Below are positions 1-11,144 of a stretch of DNA of 64,000 bases, piece by piece. Within the stretch, counting starts at the first letter, position 1; the number at the start of each line of letters is the position of its first letter. Under the pieces are notes generated by a model. It worked only from the letters and a program-made list of their open reading frames with translations. It did no database searches and was not told where the DNA came from. The stretch is from a bacterium (lineage in GTDB: Bacteria > RBG-13-61-14 > DATKZS01). Made by a program: the position numbers and the translations under genes. The stretch is from positions 1,472,001 to 1,536,000 of the forward strand of contig CAXXFL010000001.1 of assembly GCA_963674965.2 (NCBI GenBank), read 5' to 3'.

Positions 1-1
1 C

Positions 2-619
2 AAGGACTCGATCGTCTACAGTCACGACGCGCTTCTCGAGTACATCGAGCGGCTCCGAAAGACCTACAAGCGTTGCGCCGTGCTGGTGCAGGAATATCTG
101 ATCGGGACCGAGTACTCGGTGGGCATAGTGGGCAATCCCGGGCTGACCTATCGCGCCCTGCCGCCGCTCGAGGTCGATTACTCGGGTCTGGACAAGGACC
201 TGCCTCCCATTTTGGGATACGAATCCAAGTGGCTGCCCGACTCTCCCTATTGGAAACAGGTGGCCTACAAGGAGGCGGAGATATCGGAGGACGTGCTTCG
301 CAAGCTGCACGATTACTCGAACGTGCTGTTCGAGCGCCTCGGGTGCCGGGATTACGCCAGGTTCGATTTCAGGATGGACTCGAGCGGGGCCATCAAGCTC
401 CTCGAGGTCAACCCCAACCCCGGATGGTGCTGGGACGGGAAGTTCAACATGATGGCCGGCTTCGCGGGCATGCGCTACGCCGATCTCCTGCGCGCCATTA
501 TCGACGCGGCCCAGGAGCGAGTCTCCGTGGCAAAGGCCGCCGGCCGCTCGGAAGAGGAGTGCGAGCTGCAACGAGACCTTGCCCCGAGCGTGGCCGTTCA
601 CGTCCCGGCCCCCGCCTGA
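2..619 (+). CDS. D-Ala-D-Ala ligase-like ATP-grasp protein, C-terminal part (5' truncated by window edge)
   Basis: Frame open from position 2 (KDSIVYSH...). Motifs VLVQEYLIGTEYSVG, GCRDYARFDFRMD and LLEVNPNPG are typical of the Ddl C-terminal ATP-grasp domain. Confidence 0.8.
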   Translation, partial: KDSIVYSHDALLEYIERLRKTYKRCAVLVQEYLIGTEYSVGIVGNPGLTYRALPPLEVDYSGLDKDLPPILGYESKWLPDSPYWKQVAYKEAEISEDVLRKLHDYSNVLFERLGCRDYARFDFRMDSSGAIKLLEVNPNPGWCWDGKFNMMAGFAGMRYADLLRAIIDAAQERVSVAKAAGRSEEECELQRDLAPSVAVHVPAPA

Positions 620-657
620 CGCGGCCGGACGTTAAAAACCGGTTTTAATTAAAGCGC

Positions 658-702
658 CGAGGTTGTCGGAGGGAATAAAGAACCCGCCGGCAACCTCGTT
701 GT
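658..702 (+). terminator. Possible hairpin/terminator downstream of the ATP-grasp gene
   Basis: CGAGGTTGTCGG (658-669) pairs with CCGGCAACCTCG (687-698) with one G-U. The pyrimidine tail (TTGTCTCTCTT) is weak. Confidence 0.4.
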
Positions 703-1101
703 CTCTCTTACGCGCCCGCGAGGCGGCAAATTAAGAAGACAGGGCGGACGCCTTTGTTCCTGCAATAAATCCACCTGCCTGAAGGGGAAATTTTTTCGAG
801 CGTCCTCTTTCAACCGTGCTATAATCCATGGAATTGGCGTTTGGCAATCCGGAAGCAGTCGAAAACGGGGCCTAACCGCGGTCTTGCACCCGGCAAAAAT
901 ATCCAATAAACTTAAAAGCCGCAACTTGTCGGGCCCCGGGAAAATTATGATATTTTATCGATAACCGAACTTCCCCTGGAGGAGTGGCATGTGCTATAAA
1001 GTGAGGCGACGGACGTCTCGGGTCATGCTGGCGGCGCGCCATCTTGCAAGATATTTGTCCCATGAACGGATGCTTCCAAGGCGGATCGAGGTCCATTTGA
1101 C

Positions 1102-4100
1102 ATGGGCCGCGTAAAACCCGATATGCCCGGACGCGGTCCGACGCCGGCCATCAACGCCCTCTTGCCGGCCTTTGTATCCTTAATTATTTTTCCGGCAATC
1201 CTCCTGGCCCCTTCCGTCAAGGCCGACGGACCGGCCTTGTCAACGCTTTCCGATTCCGAACGGGCCTGGCTGCAAGCCAACGCCGGCAAGGTCGAGCTTT
1301 GGTATAACCCGGACTTTCCTCCCTTGGAGTTCGCGGCCGAGGGCGGAGGGTTCGTGGGCATGGGCGCGGACGTTATCGCCCTCATCGAGAAGCGCCTGGG
1401 ATTGACCTTCAATAAGCGCGTCCAAAAGGATTGGAACCGCCACCTTGACGGACTTGAAAAAGGCGCCTGCGCCATCGCGCCGACCATAGTCCAGACCGAG
1501 GACCGGGAGCGCTACGCCTATTTCACCACCCCTTACGCCCGTGTCCCCGTGGTTATCATTGGCACGTCCGCCCTGGGAAAGGGCCTGTCGCTGGACGATC
1601 TCACCGGGCGGCGCGTGGCCGTCGTTTCGGGCTTTGCCAGCGAGGGCTACGCTCGCGGCCAGTCGGAGGGACGATATGACGTGGTGACCGTGCCTCGAGT
1701 CGAGGAAGGGCTGCGCGCCGTGGCTTTCGGCCAGGTGGACGCCTACGTCGAGAACCTGGCCGTCGCCTCCTATTACATAAGCGAGAACGGCATTACCAAT
1801 CTCCAGGTATGCGGCAAGACGGATTACGACTTCGTCTTCCGCGTGGCCGTAAGCCGCAAGTACCCGGAGCTTTACGGCGCCATTCAGAAGGCCCTTGACG
1901 ACGTCGCGGACGCCGAGTTGGAGGAGGTTCACGACCGCTGGATTTCACTTCGCCCGCGGGAGGGGCCCTCGCCGGAGTCGGTGAGGCTCATGATAATGGC
2001 CGGGGCTTTTCTTGCCCTCCTCGCCCTGGGCCTGGCCATAATATCGGCCGTGCTTAAAAGGAGCTTAAACGAAAAAGTGGCCAGCCTTAAAAGCGCCCAG
2101 GATGAGATAGCCCTCAGCGAGGCCCGGTTCCGCTCCCTTTTCCTCCATGCTCCGCTCCCGCTTATCGAGTTCACCCTGCAAGGAGACGTGGTCAAATATA
2201 ACGACGCGGCCACCCGCCTTCTCGGGTATACGGCCGAGGAACTGCCGACCTTCGACGCCTGGTTCGAGGCGGTCTGTCCGGACCCTGAATACCGGGAAAA
2301 AGTAAGGGCCACCTGGGCCAGGGACATGGAGAAGGCCATGGCCGGCAACGGCCGAATCGAGCACTCGGAATACATCGTCCGCTGCAAGGACGGGAGCGAC
2401 AGGACGTTTCTCATCGGGGCCGGGATTATTGGAGACCGTGCCGTGGCTTCCCTGGTCGATATCGACGAGCGAAAGCGCATGGAAGTCGAACTCGAGGCAA
2501 GCCGCGAGCGTTTCTTCACCCTTTTCGACATGGCCCCCTTCTCGTGCGTGATCAACGACATGGAAGGCCGCTATATCATGGTCAATCGGCACTTTCTCGA
2601 AAGCATAAATCTCTCCCGCGACCAGGTTGTCGGCCGAACCGTGGCCGAGCTCGGACGCGCCACCCTGGGCGACGAGATGGACCACATCGCCCGGGAGATT
2701 ATTAGGACCGGCTCCAGCCCCTTGCGGGAAGTTACCGTCCAGGACGGGACCTCTCGGCGCTCGATCCTTTTCGCGAGCCGTCTTATTGAATGGGACGACA
2801 GGCGGGCGATCCTTACCGCCACCGTCGACGTGAGCGACAAGAAAGAGGCGGAGGAGGAGCTAAGGCGCCAAAAGGAAAGCCTGCGCGTGACCTTGGACTC
2901 GATCGGCGACGCGGTCATCGCGACCGACACCTCGGGCCGGGTTACGCGCATGAACCCGGTGGCCGAGCGCCTGACCGGCTGGACCGCGGCCGAGGCGGAG
3001 GGAAGGCCCCTCCAGGAGGTCTTCGCCATCGTGGACGCGAGGACCCGGCAACCGGCCGAGGACCCGGTGTCAAAGGTCTTGAGTTCCGGCCAGATCGTCA
3101 GCCTGTCCAATCACACCATCCTCATCGCCCGGGACGGAAGCGACATCCAGGTCGCCGACTCGGGGGCGCCCATCCGGGCGGATGACGGGAGCGTCATCGG
3201 AGTGGTGCTGGTCTTCCGAGACGTCACCCGCGAGTACGCCGTCCAGGAACAACTCCGGCAATCGCAGAAGATGGAGGCCGTGGGCCAGCTCGCCGGAGGC
3301 GTTGCCCACGACTTCAACAACATGCTGGTTGCCATCATCGGGGGCGCCGAACTCATGCGGGGATTCATCCAGGACGATCCCGACAAGCTTCAGTATCTCG
3401 ATATGATCCTGAACGCCGCCGGCCGCGCCTCCGACCTGACCCGCAAGCTCCTCACCTTCTCGCGCAAGCATCCAGCCGAAACGCGGCCCATCGACGTCAA
3501 TCAGCCCATCCGCGAGGCCCTGGCCCTGATCGAGAGGACGATCGATCCCCGCGTCACTCTCGAGGTCTCGCTTCTGGAGGGACCTATCGAGATACTGGGC
3601 GACCAGTCGCAGCTTCAAAACGCGGTCCTCAACCTTCTTATAAACGCCACTCACGCCGTGCCCGGCGGCGGCCTGATAAGCGTGACCACCGCTCTCGCCG
3701 ATCTCGATATGGCCGCCTGCCAGGCCACGGGTTTTTCCATCGAGCCGGGACGCTACGTCGAGATCGAGGTAAGGGACACCGGATGCGGCATACCGCCGGA
3801 GAACCTCCATAGGATTTTCGAGCCCTTCTTCAGCACCAAGGACCCGAGCCAGGGGACCGGACTTGGCCTTTCCACGGTGTTCGGCGCCGTCGAGCGGCAT
3901 GGGGGGGCCATTACCGTTTATAGCGAGCCGGGAAACGGTACCAGCGTCCGGGTCCTTTTGCCCACCACCGAAAGGACCATGGAGGAGGAAGCCGCCGAGG
4001 GCGAAGTGCTGGAAGGTTCGGGCCGGTTGCTGGTCGTGGACGACGAGCCGACCGTGAGGACGGTGGCCGTCAGAATACTTGAAAGCCTCGGATACGAGGT

Positions 4101-4383
4101 CACCTCGGCGGAAAACGGACGCGAGGCCCTGGAAATTTTCGCCGCGAACGGAGGCCGATTCGACCTGGTCATCCTCGATATGATCATGCCCGAGATGAAC
4201 GGACGAGACTGCTTCAAGGCCCTCAGAAAAATGCGGCCCGACCTTCGCGTCCTCTTGTCCTCCGGCTTCTCGCGAGAAGAGGACGTGGCCGACATGCGTA
4301 GCGAGGGCCTTGCCGGTTTTATTCACAAACCCTTTCGCGCCGCCGAGCTGGGAAAGGCCGTAAGGCGAGCCATCCTTTCCTGA
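1102..4383 (+). CDS. Hybrid sensor histidine kinase (periplasmic SBP family 3, TM, 3 PAS, HisKA, HATPase, REC)
   Basis: PPLEF...GMGAD SBP region, a TM helix, PAS repeats, H-box AHDFNN, NLLINA, DTGCGI, FEPFFSTK, GTGLGL, and a receiver domain (LVVDDE...DMIMP...KPF). Exact start uncertain. Confidence 0.93.
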   Translation: MGRVKPDMPGRGPTPAINALLPAFVSLIIFPAILLAPSVKADGPALSTLSDSERAWLQANAGKVELWYNPDFPPLEFAAEGGGFVGMGADVIALIEKRLGLTFNKRVQKDWNRHLDGLEKGACAIAPTIVQTEDRERYAYFTTPYARVPVVIIGTSALGKGLSLDDLTGRRVAVVSGFASEGYARGQSEGRYDVVTVPRVEEGLRAVAFGQVDAYVENLAVASYYISENGITNLQVCGKTDYDFVFRVAVSRKYPELYGAIQKALDDVADAELEEVHDRWISLRPREGPSPESVRLMIMAGAFLALLALGLAIISAVLKRSLNEKVASLKSAQDEIALSEARFRSLFLHAPLPLIEFTLQGDVVKYNDAATRLLGYTAEELPTFDAWFEAVCPDPEYREKVRATWARDMEKAMAGNGRIEHSEYIVRCKDGSDRTFLIGAGIIGDRAVASLVDIDERKRMEVELEASRERFFTLFDMAPFSCVINDMEGRYIMVNRHFLESINLSRDQVVGRTVAELGRATLGDEMDHIAREIIRTGSSPLREVTVQDGTSRRSILFASRLIEWDDRRAILTATVDVSDKKEAEEELRRQKESLRVTLDSIGDAVIATDTSGRVTRMNPVAERLTGWTAAEAEGRPLQEVFAIVDARTRQPAEDPVSKVLSSGQIVSLSNHTILIARDGSDIQVADSGAPIRADDGSVIGVVLVFRDVTREYAVQEQLRQSQKMEAVGQLAGGVAHDFNNMLVAIIGGAELMRGFIQDDPDKLQYLDMILNAAGRASDLTRKLLTFSRKHPAETRPIDVNQPIREALALIERTIDPRVTLEVSLLEGPIEILGDQSQLQNAVLNLLINATHAVPGGGLISVTTALADLDMAACQATGFSIEPGRYVEIEVRDTGCGIPPENLHRIFEPFFSTKDPSQGTGLGLSTVFGAVERHGGAITVYSEPGNGTSVRVLLPTTERTMEEEAAEGEVLEGSGRLLVVDDEPTVRTVAVRILESLGYEVTSAENGREALEIFAANGGRFDLVILDMIMPEMNGRDCFKALRKMRPDLRVLLSSGFSREEDVADMRSEGLAGFIHKPFRAAELGKAVRRAILS

Positions 4384-4387
4384 GCCT

Positions 4388-5200
4388 TCAGGTTACGTCA
4401 AGGATTTTTCCAATCCGCTCGATGGTCTTGTCCACGTAGGCCGAGTCGTCCACCCGTATCTCGATGGCCCCGTCGGGACAGGCCTCGGCGCAGCGGCCGC
4501 AGCCCCGGCACTCATCGTTTATCACGGGACGGCCGTCCTCCATGGTGATGGCCTGGAATATGCACTCGTCCGCGCAAAGGCCGCAACCGCCGCAATCGTC
4601 GGTCACGTGGACCGACACGCCGGGCATCCTCGAGAACTTGGCCCCCACGAACGGCGCCGAGTAGGGTATGGTCCTGGTTATGCAGCAGCAGGGGCAACAG
4701 TTGCAGATGGACATGAGCCTTCTCTCGGGCCAGACCTCGAGCCAGACGTTATCCAGCTTGCTGTTTCCAACGCAGTGCACCAGTCCGGCCTCCCTGCACC
4801 TGGCCGCGTGATCGAGGGCCTCCTCGACCGAGGCCTGGCGGCCCAGGTCGGGATGGACCCGGGAGGCGGCCTCCCCCAGGAATATGCAGCCAAGCTCGCG
4901 AGGATAATCCCGGCACTCGTTACTCTCGCGGCAGATACAGAAGTTCATCACCACCCGGTGCGAGGCCTTCCGGATAAAATGCTCCAGCACCCGCGAGGGA
5001 AGCACCACGTCATCCCTGCCCCCCACCGACTCCTCGATTTTGATCACCCCGTCCTTGGGAAGGCAGATCATGTCGTCGGTCTTGAAGAACTGCTCGAGGA
5101 CTTTGGCCGTATTGGGATTTTTTGTCGGGTTGTCGTGAGAGAGACTCTTGGGGTACATGGCCATATATTTATCGATGCGTTTCTTTACTTTCTCGTCCAT
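4388..5200 (-). CDS. 4Fe-4S dicluster domain protein
   Basis: CICR...C, CNCCPCCC and two CxxCxxCxxxC(P) motifs at the C-terminus. Confidence 0.85.
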   Translation of the reverse strand: MDEKVKKRIDKYMAMYPKSLSHDNPTKNPNTAKVLEQFFKTDDMICLPKDGVIKIEESVGGRDDVVLPSRVLEHFIRKASHRVVMNFCICRESNECRDYPRELGCIFLGEAASRVHPDLGRQASVEEALDHAARCREAGLVHCVGNSKLDNVWLEVWPERRLMSICNCCPCCCITRTIPYSAPFVGAKFSRMPGVSVHVTDDCGGCGLCADECIFQAITMEDGRPVINDECRGCGRCAEACPDGAIEIRVDDSAYVDKTIERIGKILDVT

Positions 5201-5336
5201 CTCCCGCCTCCTTCATGAGCCGACGCGAGGGCCGGCCTTTTTATACCGCAAGATAAATATAGGGCGTTCAAATTGTCAAGACGGAAGGGATAACGAAATC
5301 CGATCCGGTGAGGGGAAGACGAGGATTCTTTTCCAA

Positions 5337-6326
5337 TCAATCAACCTGTCCCAAGCCCAGCAGATACCCTCCCAGCCAGGTCGAGAGAGCGGCGTCGGCC
5401 ATAAGCGCCCGGTCCATGGATTCCTCGTCGTCCTCGGCCAGGCCTTGGGCGGCCATAAGCATAACCGCCTCGTTTATGGCCAGGTATCCGGCGCTGACGT
5501 CGACCAGGGCCCGATAGGAACCGGGCCCGAACTCGCGCCTCTCCATGAAATCCTCCCATACTCGTCCGCCCCTCTCGATGGCGCCCGGCAGCCTTTTATC
5601 GAGGCGGCGGCTCATCCGCTTCCAGCCGTCGCTCGACGGATGAGCCAACTTATCGCGCAGGGGCAAAAGGGGAGAAAGGGCGGCCCCCGCCTCCGGATAA
5701 TCGCACTCGATAAGTCCCCCGCAGACGATGGAATTGGCGAGCGCCTCCTGGCCCGCGGGCGGGCGCCTCAGCACCTCGAGCAGGTAGCCCCGGTTGTATC
5801 CATAGGTGAAAACGAGGGCGTTAAAAGCGGCCTTTAACTCAGCCCGCTTGGCGCCTAGGCCGCCCTGGCGGACGAGCCAGAGGCGGCGGCGGATGAGCTG
5901 GTCCAGCCCCAGAAGCGCGGGAAGGCGGAAGCTGTTAATGGCGGAGGACCCGATAGGCCGCTGCCCGGCCTCGATGAAGGTCCGGTTCAGCCAGACGCCT
6001 CCCTCGTGCCCGGAAAGGAACAGCGTTCCGTTTATATGCGGCATGTCGTTCACGCCAGCTTCTCCGGAAAGGACCTCGTGAAAGACGCGCTCGGGCAGCC
6101 ACGCGAAAAGGAAATCCTCCCGGCCGGCGCCGGTACGACCCGATCGATAGGTTTCCTCCCATGCGGCCAGGGCGTCCCCGTCGATAATGATGGAGTCGCT
6201 CGCGAAGCGGGGAATGGATGGCGGCTCCGGGATGAAGGACTCGCCGCCAAAGGCGGCCGGGCAAAGAGCCATGGTTATGAGGGCGAGAAAAAACGCGGCC
6301 GCTTTTTGATATGACCTTTTTGCCAA
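5337..6326 (-). CDS. Hypothetical exported protein
   Basis: 329-aa ORF with an N-terminal signal peptide (KRSYQK + hydrophobic stretch + AAFG); GGAG RBS; starts 14 bp after the kinase stop. Confidence 0.65.
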   Translation of the reverse strand: MAKRSYQKAAAFFLALITMALCPAAFGGESFIPEPPSIPRFASDSIIIDGDALAAWEETYRSGRTGAGREDFLFAWLPERVFHEVLSGEAGVNDMPHINGTLFLSGHEGGVWLNRTFIEAGQRPIGSSAINSFRLPALLGLDQLIRRRLWLVRQGGLGAKRAELKAAFNALVFTYGYNRGYLLEVLRRPPAGQEALANSIVCGGLIECDYPEAGAALSPLLPLRDKLAHPSSDGWKRMSRRLDKRLPGAIERGGRVWEDFMERREFGPGSYRALVDVSAGYLAINEAVMLMAAQGLAEDDEESMDRALMADAALSTWLGGYLLGLGQVD

Positions 6327-6340
6327 CCGCCGCTCCCTTC

Positions 6341-7375
6341 TCAGTCCGGCCTTGGCCTCAGGGGAAGGTGGACGGTAAAGGTCGTGCCCGACCCGGGACC
6401 TTCCCGGCTTTCCACCGCAATCTTGCCTCCGTGGGCCCGGACGATGTGATCGCAGATGGCCAGTCCCAGGCCGTAGCCGTCGTGCCGGGTCCTTCGTGAG
6501 GGGGTGCCCCTGTAAAAGGGCTCGAAGATGTGGGGCAGGTCCTTGGGGCTTATGCCCACGCCCGTGTCTCGCACCCGCAGTTGTACCTCGTCCCTCTCCC
6601 CGTCCATGACCAGGGTCACCTCGATCTTGCCCCCCGAGGGAGTATAGTGCAGGGCGTTGTCCATCAGATTATGGATGAGCTGCCTCAGCCTGGCCGCGTC
6701 GCCCTCGATCCGTATGTCGCCCTCGATGTAGGACTCGAGGCTGATGCTTTTGCGCCGGGCCGCCTCGAGGAAACCCTCACGAATCTCGGCCGCCAGAGCG
6801 CCCAGGGCCACCCCCCGAATGTTGAGACCCAACTCGCCGTAATCCGCCCGGGCCAGAGTAACCAGGTCCTCCACCAGCCGGTGGATGCGCTCGATCTCCT
6901 CCAGGTTCGACCGCAGGATGTCAACGTACTCCGACGGCTCCCTCTCCTTCATAAGGGCGACCTCGACGTCGCCCTTCATAATGGTGAGAGGAGTCCGGAT
7001 GTCGTGAGAGACCGCTCCCACGAACTGGCGCTGGCGGGCCATGGCCTCCTCCATCCTGTCCATTAAGGAATTGAGCTCGAGCTGGACCTCGCCCAGGTCG
7101 TCCCGCGCGTCCGTCACGTAAAGACGGTCGCGAAAACCACCGCCCGAGAGGTTCTGAACCAGGTCCCGAGTCTGCTGCAAAGGGTTAAAGGCCAGGGCGG
7201 AAAGAAACCGGGCGGATACGAGAAAAAAAACCGAGCATAAAAGATATGAGATAATCGCGCCGATGGACGCGTATCTCGGATAAGCCAAAACGAGGGTGAG
7301 GGCGATCCACGCCGCGGATACGAAGCCGACCCCCGCAACCGCCAGGAACAGCAGCCTTGGACGAGTCAACCGCAT
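6341..7375 (-). CDS. HAMP-domain sensor histidine kinase (OmpR/CusS class)
   Basis: Two closely spaced TM helices, HAMP, SHDIRTPL H-box, NLMDNA, DTGVGI, FEPFY, GYGLGL. Confidence 0.92.
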   Translation of the reverse strand: MRLTRPRLLFLAVAGVGFVSAAWIALTLVLAYPRYASIGAIISYLLCSVFFLVSARFLSALAFNPLQQTRDLVQNLSGGGFRDRLYVTDARDDLGEVQLELNSLMDRMEEAMARQRQFVGAVSHDIRTPLTIMKGDVEVALMKEREPSEYVDILRSNLEEIERIHRLVEDLVTLARADYGELGLNIRGVALGALAAEIREGFLEAARRKSISLESYIEGDIRIEGDAARLRQLIHNLMDNALHYTPSGGKIEVTLVMDGERDEVQLRVRDTGVGISPKDLPHIFEPFYRGTPSRRTRHDGYGLGLAICDHIVRAHGGKIAVESREGPGSGTTFTVHLPLRPRPD

Positions 7376-7381
7376 GGGCCG

Positions 7382-8185
<804 letters not shown>

Positions 8186-8219
8186 GACGTTTCGCTCGCG
8201 TGAAAATCAACCTTAGATG

Positions 8220-8249
8220 ATTTTAATCAAAGGGGTATGAGCTTGTCAA
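8220..8249 (-). promoter_or_regulatory. Putative sigma70 promoter for the regulator-kinase operon
   Basis: Minus strand TTGACA-18 bp-TAAAAT, about 35 bp upstream of the ATG at 8185. Confidence 0.55.
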
Positions 8250-8274
8250 CAAAAATGTGCATAAAAAAGAAAGG

Positions 8275-10044
8275 TTATTTGACCGAGCCCGTTTTTGCCC
8301 TTCCACGTCCCTGGCCTACATTGTAACCCGTCTTTGGAACGTAGTAAATCCAAACCGACGCGCCCACCTTGGCGAAGGGTATCTCGTCCCCTAACCAGCC
8401 GAGGCATTGTTCGTCGCCCATGTATAAATCCACTCCCAAAGCCTCGTTGGCGCTGACGGCGAGATACCCCGGAAGCGGCGGACAGGGGGCGACCTCGTAC
8501 TCGACGCCGAAGAGAGCGGGGTCCACCGGACCGAAGCGGGCAAGCTGGATTTTGCGGACGCCCTTTTCCCGCTGCCACCTGGCCAGACGTATCCAGTCCT
8601 GGCCCCAGTCCAGGTTAGAGTCGGCCAGGACCTGGTGACCCCGGTGAGGAAGCCTGGGGCCTCCAGCCAGAACGTTAAAATATGAGAGATAATCAGGATA
8701 GGCGGCCAGGGTCGAGAGAGAGATCAAAATCAGACAAACGAAGTAAAATGACGCGGCAACATGGCCGGCAGCCTTCTTCTCGAACCTCCGTTTAATCCCC
8801 GCCAGGGAAACGGATACGAAAATGATAAAAAACCCCATGGCCGGAAGAAGTACCCGCGCTCCGTAAAGCTTGCCCGTCGAGACGGAAACAAGGACCAGGT
8901 AAAACAGGGCCGGCAAAAGCGCGTAAAGACGCTCTTGTCTGCCCGATAGAAACAAGCAGGCCGCCAGAAGAAAAAGGAAGGCCAGCGGAGTTTTGTAGGC
9001 CAGGCAAATAAGGTAGTACCAGGGACTGGCCTCCTTGGTGACTTTTCCGAACAGGTAATTCCGCCAGGGACCGGCGCTGTCCGCCGCCTGGAGGTCGGCT
9101 TGTATCACGAGGCGCTCGGGCGCGATAATCGGGGCCCAGCCAAAATGAGCTTTGACTTTATTAAAGGCCCCCGACTGAAAATTCAGCTCGCCGTAGGTTT
9201 TAAAAAAGCCGCCGCCATAGACAACGATCAAGATTGCCCATACCAGGGCCGCGATAAAGCTTGCCTCTTTAATAAAGCCTATCCAATCGAGTCGTCTAAG
9301 GAACGACATATCCTCGGTCCCGGCTTTTCTCGAGCCGGCCAATAAATAGAAGAGCGCCAGGGGAGCGAAAGGAATAACGGTGAACTTGGCCATGAAAAGG
9401 AGTCCAATGGCCAGGGCAAGAAGGAGAAGTTTGATTCTCGTTCTCTTCTTGACGTAAAGATACGTCGCGTACATGGCGAAGACGGAAGCGGCGGCCGCGG
9501 ACAAATCGGTCGTGACCAGACCGCCGTGGGCCAGGAAATAAGGGCACAGGCAATAAAGTAAAAGCGCGATCAGCCCGGCGCGCGGACCGCCGAGCGACCC
9601 GGCGAAGGCATATACGACGAGACCGGTCAGGCAGGCCAAAAGACAAACCATGAGCCTGGCCGAGCGGTAAAGGGATTTATATATGGCCCGGTTCTGCTCC
9701 ATGAAGTCGATCCCGACCTTCCAGAACCCGAGCGCGTCCGGATAGGGCTTGCTCTCGAGCCTGACGTCGTTCCGAAATAAAAGGGGCAAGGCCGCGATGA
9801 CGCGCTGGGACGGGGGGTTCATAATAAGCCATCTCGAGTCTCCGGTGACGAGATAGGCGTAGCCGATGGGAAGGTGGCCTAGCTCGTCGATGGTCACGGA
9901 CGTGGTCTTAAGGCTGGATTTAAGAAGGATAAAGAAAAAGCCAAGAAGAAAGAAGACCGCTAGAAAACGCGCCGCCCTCGCTCGATACGCCGGCCTTTGG
10001 GCCGCGGGTTCTTTTTTTGCCTCGGTCTTTTCCATGCCCGTCAT
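8275..10044 (-). CDS. GT-C fold membrane glycosyltransferase (ArnT/PMT family 39-like)
   Basis: TIDELGH motif after the first TM, NPP, LVTTD, many TM segments, and the C-terminal YLSYFN...DSNLDWGQD motif. Confidence 0.8.
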   Translation of the reverse strand: MTGMEKTEAKKEPAAQRPAYRARAARFLAVFFLLGFFFILLKSSLKTTSVTIDELGHLPIGYAYLVTGDSRWLIMNPPSQRVIAALPLLFRNDVRLESKPYPDALGFWKVGIDFMEQNRAIYKSLYRSARLMVCLLACLTGLVVYAFAGSLGGPRAGLIALLLYCLCPYFLAHGGLVTTDLSAAAASVFAMYATYLYVKKRTRIKLLLLALAIGLLFMAKFTVIPFAPLALFYLLAGSRKAGTEDMSFLRRLDWIGFIKEASFIAALVWAILIVVYGGGFFKTYGELNFQSGAFNKVKAHFGWAPIIAPERLVIQADLQAADSAGPWRNYLFGKVTKEASPWYYLICLAYKTPLAFLFLLAACLFLSGRQERLYALLPALFYLVLVSVSTGKLYGARVLLPAMGFFIIFVSVSLAGIKRRFEKKAAGHVAASFYFVCLILISLSTLAAYPDYLSYFNVLAGGPRLPHRGHQVLADSNLDWGQDWIRLARWQREKGVRKIQLARFGPVDPALFGVEYEVAPCPPLPGYLAVSANEALGVDLYMGDEQCLGWLGDEIPFAKVGASVWIYYVPKTGYNVGQGRGRAKTGSVK

Positions 10045-10107
10045 TTTAGCGTGAAAGCGTAAATCTGGAAACGGCTCGGTCTGATTTTCCGGCGGGAAGA
10101 AGCGGCC

Positions 10108-10935
10108 TCATCTTTGCTCGGGCAGGCGGTCCTTGAAGGAGATGTAAGGATTAAGGTCCAGGTCCTTGGCGATTTTAAGGGCGATGGGCACTCCGGCCCC
10201 GAGGTCCTCGACCCGGTGGGCGTCCGAGCCGATCAGGACCAGGGAACCCGTAAGCTCCCTGAAAAGCTTGAGCGCGTACTCGTCCGGATACGTGCTTTCC
10301 GGCGCCTGCCGAAGGCCCGAGGTGTTGATCTCGATGGGCATGGACCTCTTGATCGCGCCCTCGAAAATCCCGCGGAGAGGCCCGTAATAAATTCCCCACT
10401 CGAGGGGCTCTTTTAAATAGCGCTGGCCATAGCGGCGAACCAGGTCGAGATGGCCCACCACGTCGAAGAGCCCGGTCCGGACCATCATCTCGACGGCGTC
10501 GAAATAAGCGGCGAATATATCGAGCGGATCGTGTTTGGCGAAGGTCTCGAGGGCCTCGTATTCGTCGCTCACGCCGGCTTCCCCGTCATATACGGCGTGG
10601 ACCGAACCGATGACGTAGTCGAAATGGCGCTCGTCAAGATAAGCGGCGATATCGTCCGCGATCTTGGGCAGAAAACCGACCTCGGCGCCCATAAGTATCT
10701 CGATCGAGTCGAAGCGTCGCCTGGCCTCCCCGATCTGGCTTTGATATTTTTCGTAGTCCAGGTTTCGGCAATAAGGGTCGTTGGGATCTAGGTCAACGTG
10801 CTCGCAAAAGCCCACCGTTTTCATGCCCCTTTTTTGGGCCTCCTCGCAGAAATCGAAAATGGTCCCTTCCCCGTCCGCGGACAGGGCGGTGTGAAGGTGG
10901 AAGTCGAAGGGGGCGATGGAGTGAACGTCGTTCAT
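10108..10935 (-). CDS. PHP-family histidinol-phosphatase (HisJ-like)
   Basis: DFHLHT, GFCEH, GAEV, DYVIGSVH, GHLDL, EINTSG, GSDAH. Confidence 0.88.
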   Translation of the reverse strand: MNDVHSIAPFDFHLHTALSADGEGTIFDFCEEAQKRGMKTVGFCEHVDLDPNDPYCRNLDYEKYQSQIGEARRRFDSIEILMGAEVGFLPKIADDIAAYLDERHFDYVIGSVHAVYDGEAGVSDEYEALETFAKHDPLDIFAAYFDAVEMMVRTGLFDVVGHLDLVRRYGQRYLKEPLEWGIYYGPLRGIFEGAIKRSMPIEINTSGLRQAPESTYPDEYALKLFRELTGSLVLIGSDAHRVEDLGAGVPIALKIAKDLDLNPYISFKDRLPEQR

Positions 10936-11144
10936 GAATGTCCTCCGTCCGGCGCCTTTGCGCCTTGATTTTCAATTATCGGCCATAAACCTCGCGTTGG
11001 CAATACCCTTCCGATCTTAATAAATTGTCGTCCGAAAATTTCTTTTGGCCTTGCCTGTTATCGAGTTTAAGCATTATTATAGAGATGAATTCATTATCGA
11101 CGGCTCCAGGTTTTACGACGGCGGGACGCGCGGGAGGGGAGAAA

